This document shows positions 18,824 to 20,000 of a stretch of DNA of 20,000 bases, one piece after another. Numbering within the stretch: the first letter of the stretch is position 1; the number at the start of each line of letters is the position of its first letter. Location: the NCBI GenBank assembly GCA_013265495.1, contig MU057744.1, forward strand, positions 1,109,187 through 1,129,186, written 5' to 3'. The stretch comes from Vicugna vicugna (taxonomy: Eukaryota). Both the position numbers and the translations under genes were made by a program. The notes beneath the pieces were generated by a model. The model was not told where the DNA came from. It saw nothing but the letters and a program-made list of their open reading frames with translations, and did no database searches.

Positions 18824-19196
18824 TTTTTTTTTTTTTTTTGGAGGTTTTAAGGATCTGTAGCCAAAGTCACTCATTCAACATGCACCTACCCAGCTTTTAT
18901 TGGGTACGGACGGCATCGCGGTGGTTCAAACCGTGAGCCGTGAAGTCACATCACAGCCCGGGCTCGTGCACCCGCGCCAGCGCCTTTGGGCTCTGTGAAC
19001 TCCAGCGAGTTCTCAGCTCTCTAAGCTTGTTACCCCCACCCCCACCCCCCTTAAAAAATGGAGCAGGTTGAGAATTTGCTGGAATGAGCTGCTGGTTGCA
19101 GGGCCAGCCATGCGGGAAATGCTGGGTACCACCATCCTGGGGTTTGGGACCACCCTGTCGCTCCACTTTTAATTCCTGGAGGCTACGCACTGCATT

Positions 19197-19203
19197 AAAA
19201 AAC

Positions 19204-19234
<31 letters not shown>

Positions 19235-19248
19235 ACAAAAACAAAAAA
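19197..19248. repeat. (AAAAC)n/(AAAAAC)n simple repeat
   Basis: Read directly from the sequence. Confidence 0.9.
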
Positions 19249-19254
19249 CCTAAT

Positions 19255-19910
19255 CCCGGTGAGACACAATCTTCAGAATGAATCATACACTTCAGCTTAG
19301 AGATTCAATGAGTTTTAACCAAAGAGTAAGTAGGTATCATGTCCCCATTCAAGACAGAGTTTCCATCGTCCCCAAAAGTTCCCTCTCGCTCCTTGGCTGT
19401 GTTGCCCACCCCACTCCCGGCCCCAGGTAACCATCCGTCTTCCTGGCTTCACAACAGGCTGCTGTTACCGAACAGGGTCCCGTGTGGTTACACCACCAGC
19501 TGTTCCCAAAGCAGTGTGATGTGTGCTACAAACGCAGTGACCCTCCCTCTCCAAGAAGCTTCACGGGATGCAAGAGGGAGACGGTAGGTACCTTACTTAC
19601 CTTTTGCGGACGCACTCATTTCTCTTAGGAGGCGGAGCTGTTCCAGGTCGGGGTGTCAGTCTTTTTCCTCCGAGGTTGTTGGAAACACAGTTACAATTTG
19701 GGGGGCTCCCTTCTGTACTCCATGCAGGTCTTTTCCTTTTGTTAACACAATCCTTTGTTGTTCTTGTTTTGTTTTAATAGCATTTGAAACACCAAAAAAA
19801 TCTTTTCAGTTATTCCCACAGGTAGTTAATGATCTCCTTCTGCGTGTGCTGTTGACTGCCTTGCAGAGAATAACGTTTTTAAAGTTCAGTTGGTATCTAT
19901 TTCATACTTA
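19255..19910 (-). mobile_element. Fragmented L1MB-type LINE 3' region
   Basis: ttcaatgagttttaac...ccattcaagacagagtttccatcgtccccaaaagttccctc...ccccaggtaacca, and later ctcatttctcttaggaggcggag; typical antisense L1MB motifs. Confidence 0.55.
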
Positions 19911-20000
19911 CAAACAGATCTCACAAACGAATTTTCTTTTTGTTCTTTACAAAAACAATCAACTTTGGAAGAAATGAAAGTAGTGAGAAATGAAAATCAG

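Noticed and set aside
18165..18936. Long Arg/Pro/Ala-rich, poly-Phe and poly-Arg ORFs around the promoter
   Set aside because: Explained by stop-codon scarcity in a CpG island and by the TTC repeat and gap.
1..20000. Prokaryote-type systems (CRISPR, operons, IS elements) or a wholly new gene system
   Set aside because: The window is accounted for by a spliced mammalian gene, a retrocopy and mammalian repeats; I saw no spaced repeat array or unexplained long coding frame.

Overview
Mammalian genomic DNA, probably from a camelid because it carries a Vic-1-like tRNA-Ala SINE. It contains the 5' part of HEATR1 (UTP10 orthologue, SSU processome) on the minus strand: a CpG-island promoter, a probable non-coding exon 1, and 16 coding exons (2-17). 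These join through GT-AG junctions into one 2241-nt frame (first 747 codons); the gene continues off the left edge. Intron 11 holds an apparently full-length, TSD-flanked processed pseudogene of ATF1 (about 6509-8676, + strand, antisense to HEATR1). The rest is intron with old MIR, L2 and L1 fragments and simple repeats, including a (TTC)n tract and a 20-N gap upstream of the promoter. I see no convincing new biological system. Best leads: the retrocopy's frame-compensated ORFs, an apparent AT->GC substitution bias, a rare GAG splice acceptor, a candidate uORF and several perfect palindromes. All comparisons with human HEATR1/ATF1 and repeat consensuses are from memory, not from alignments.
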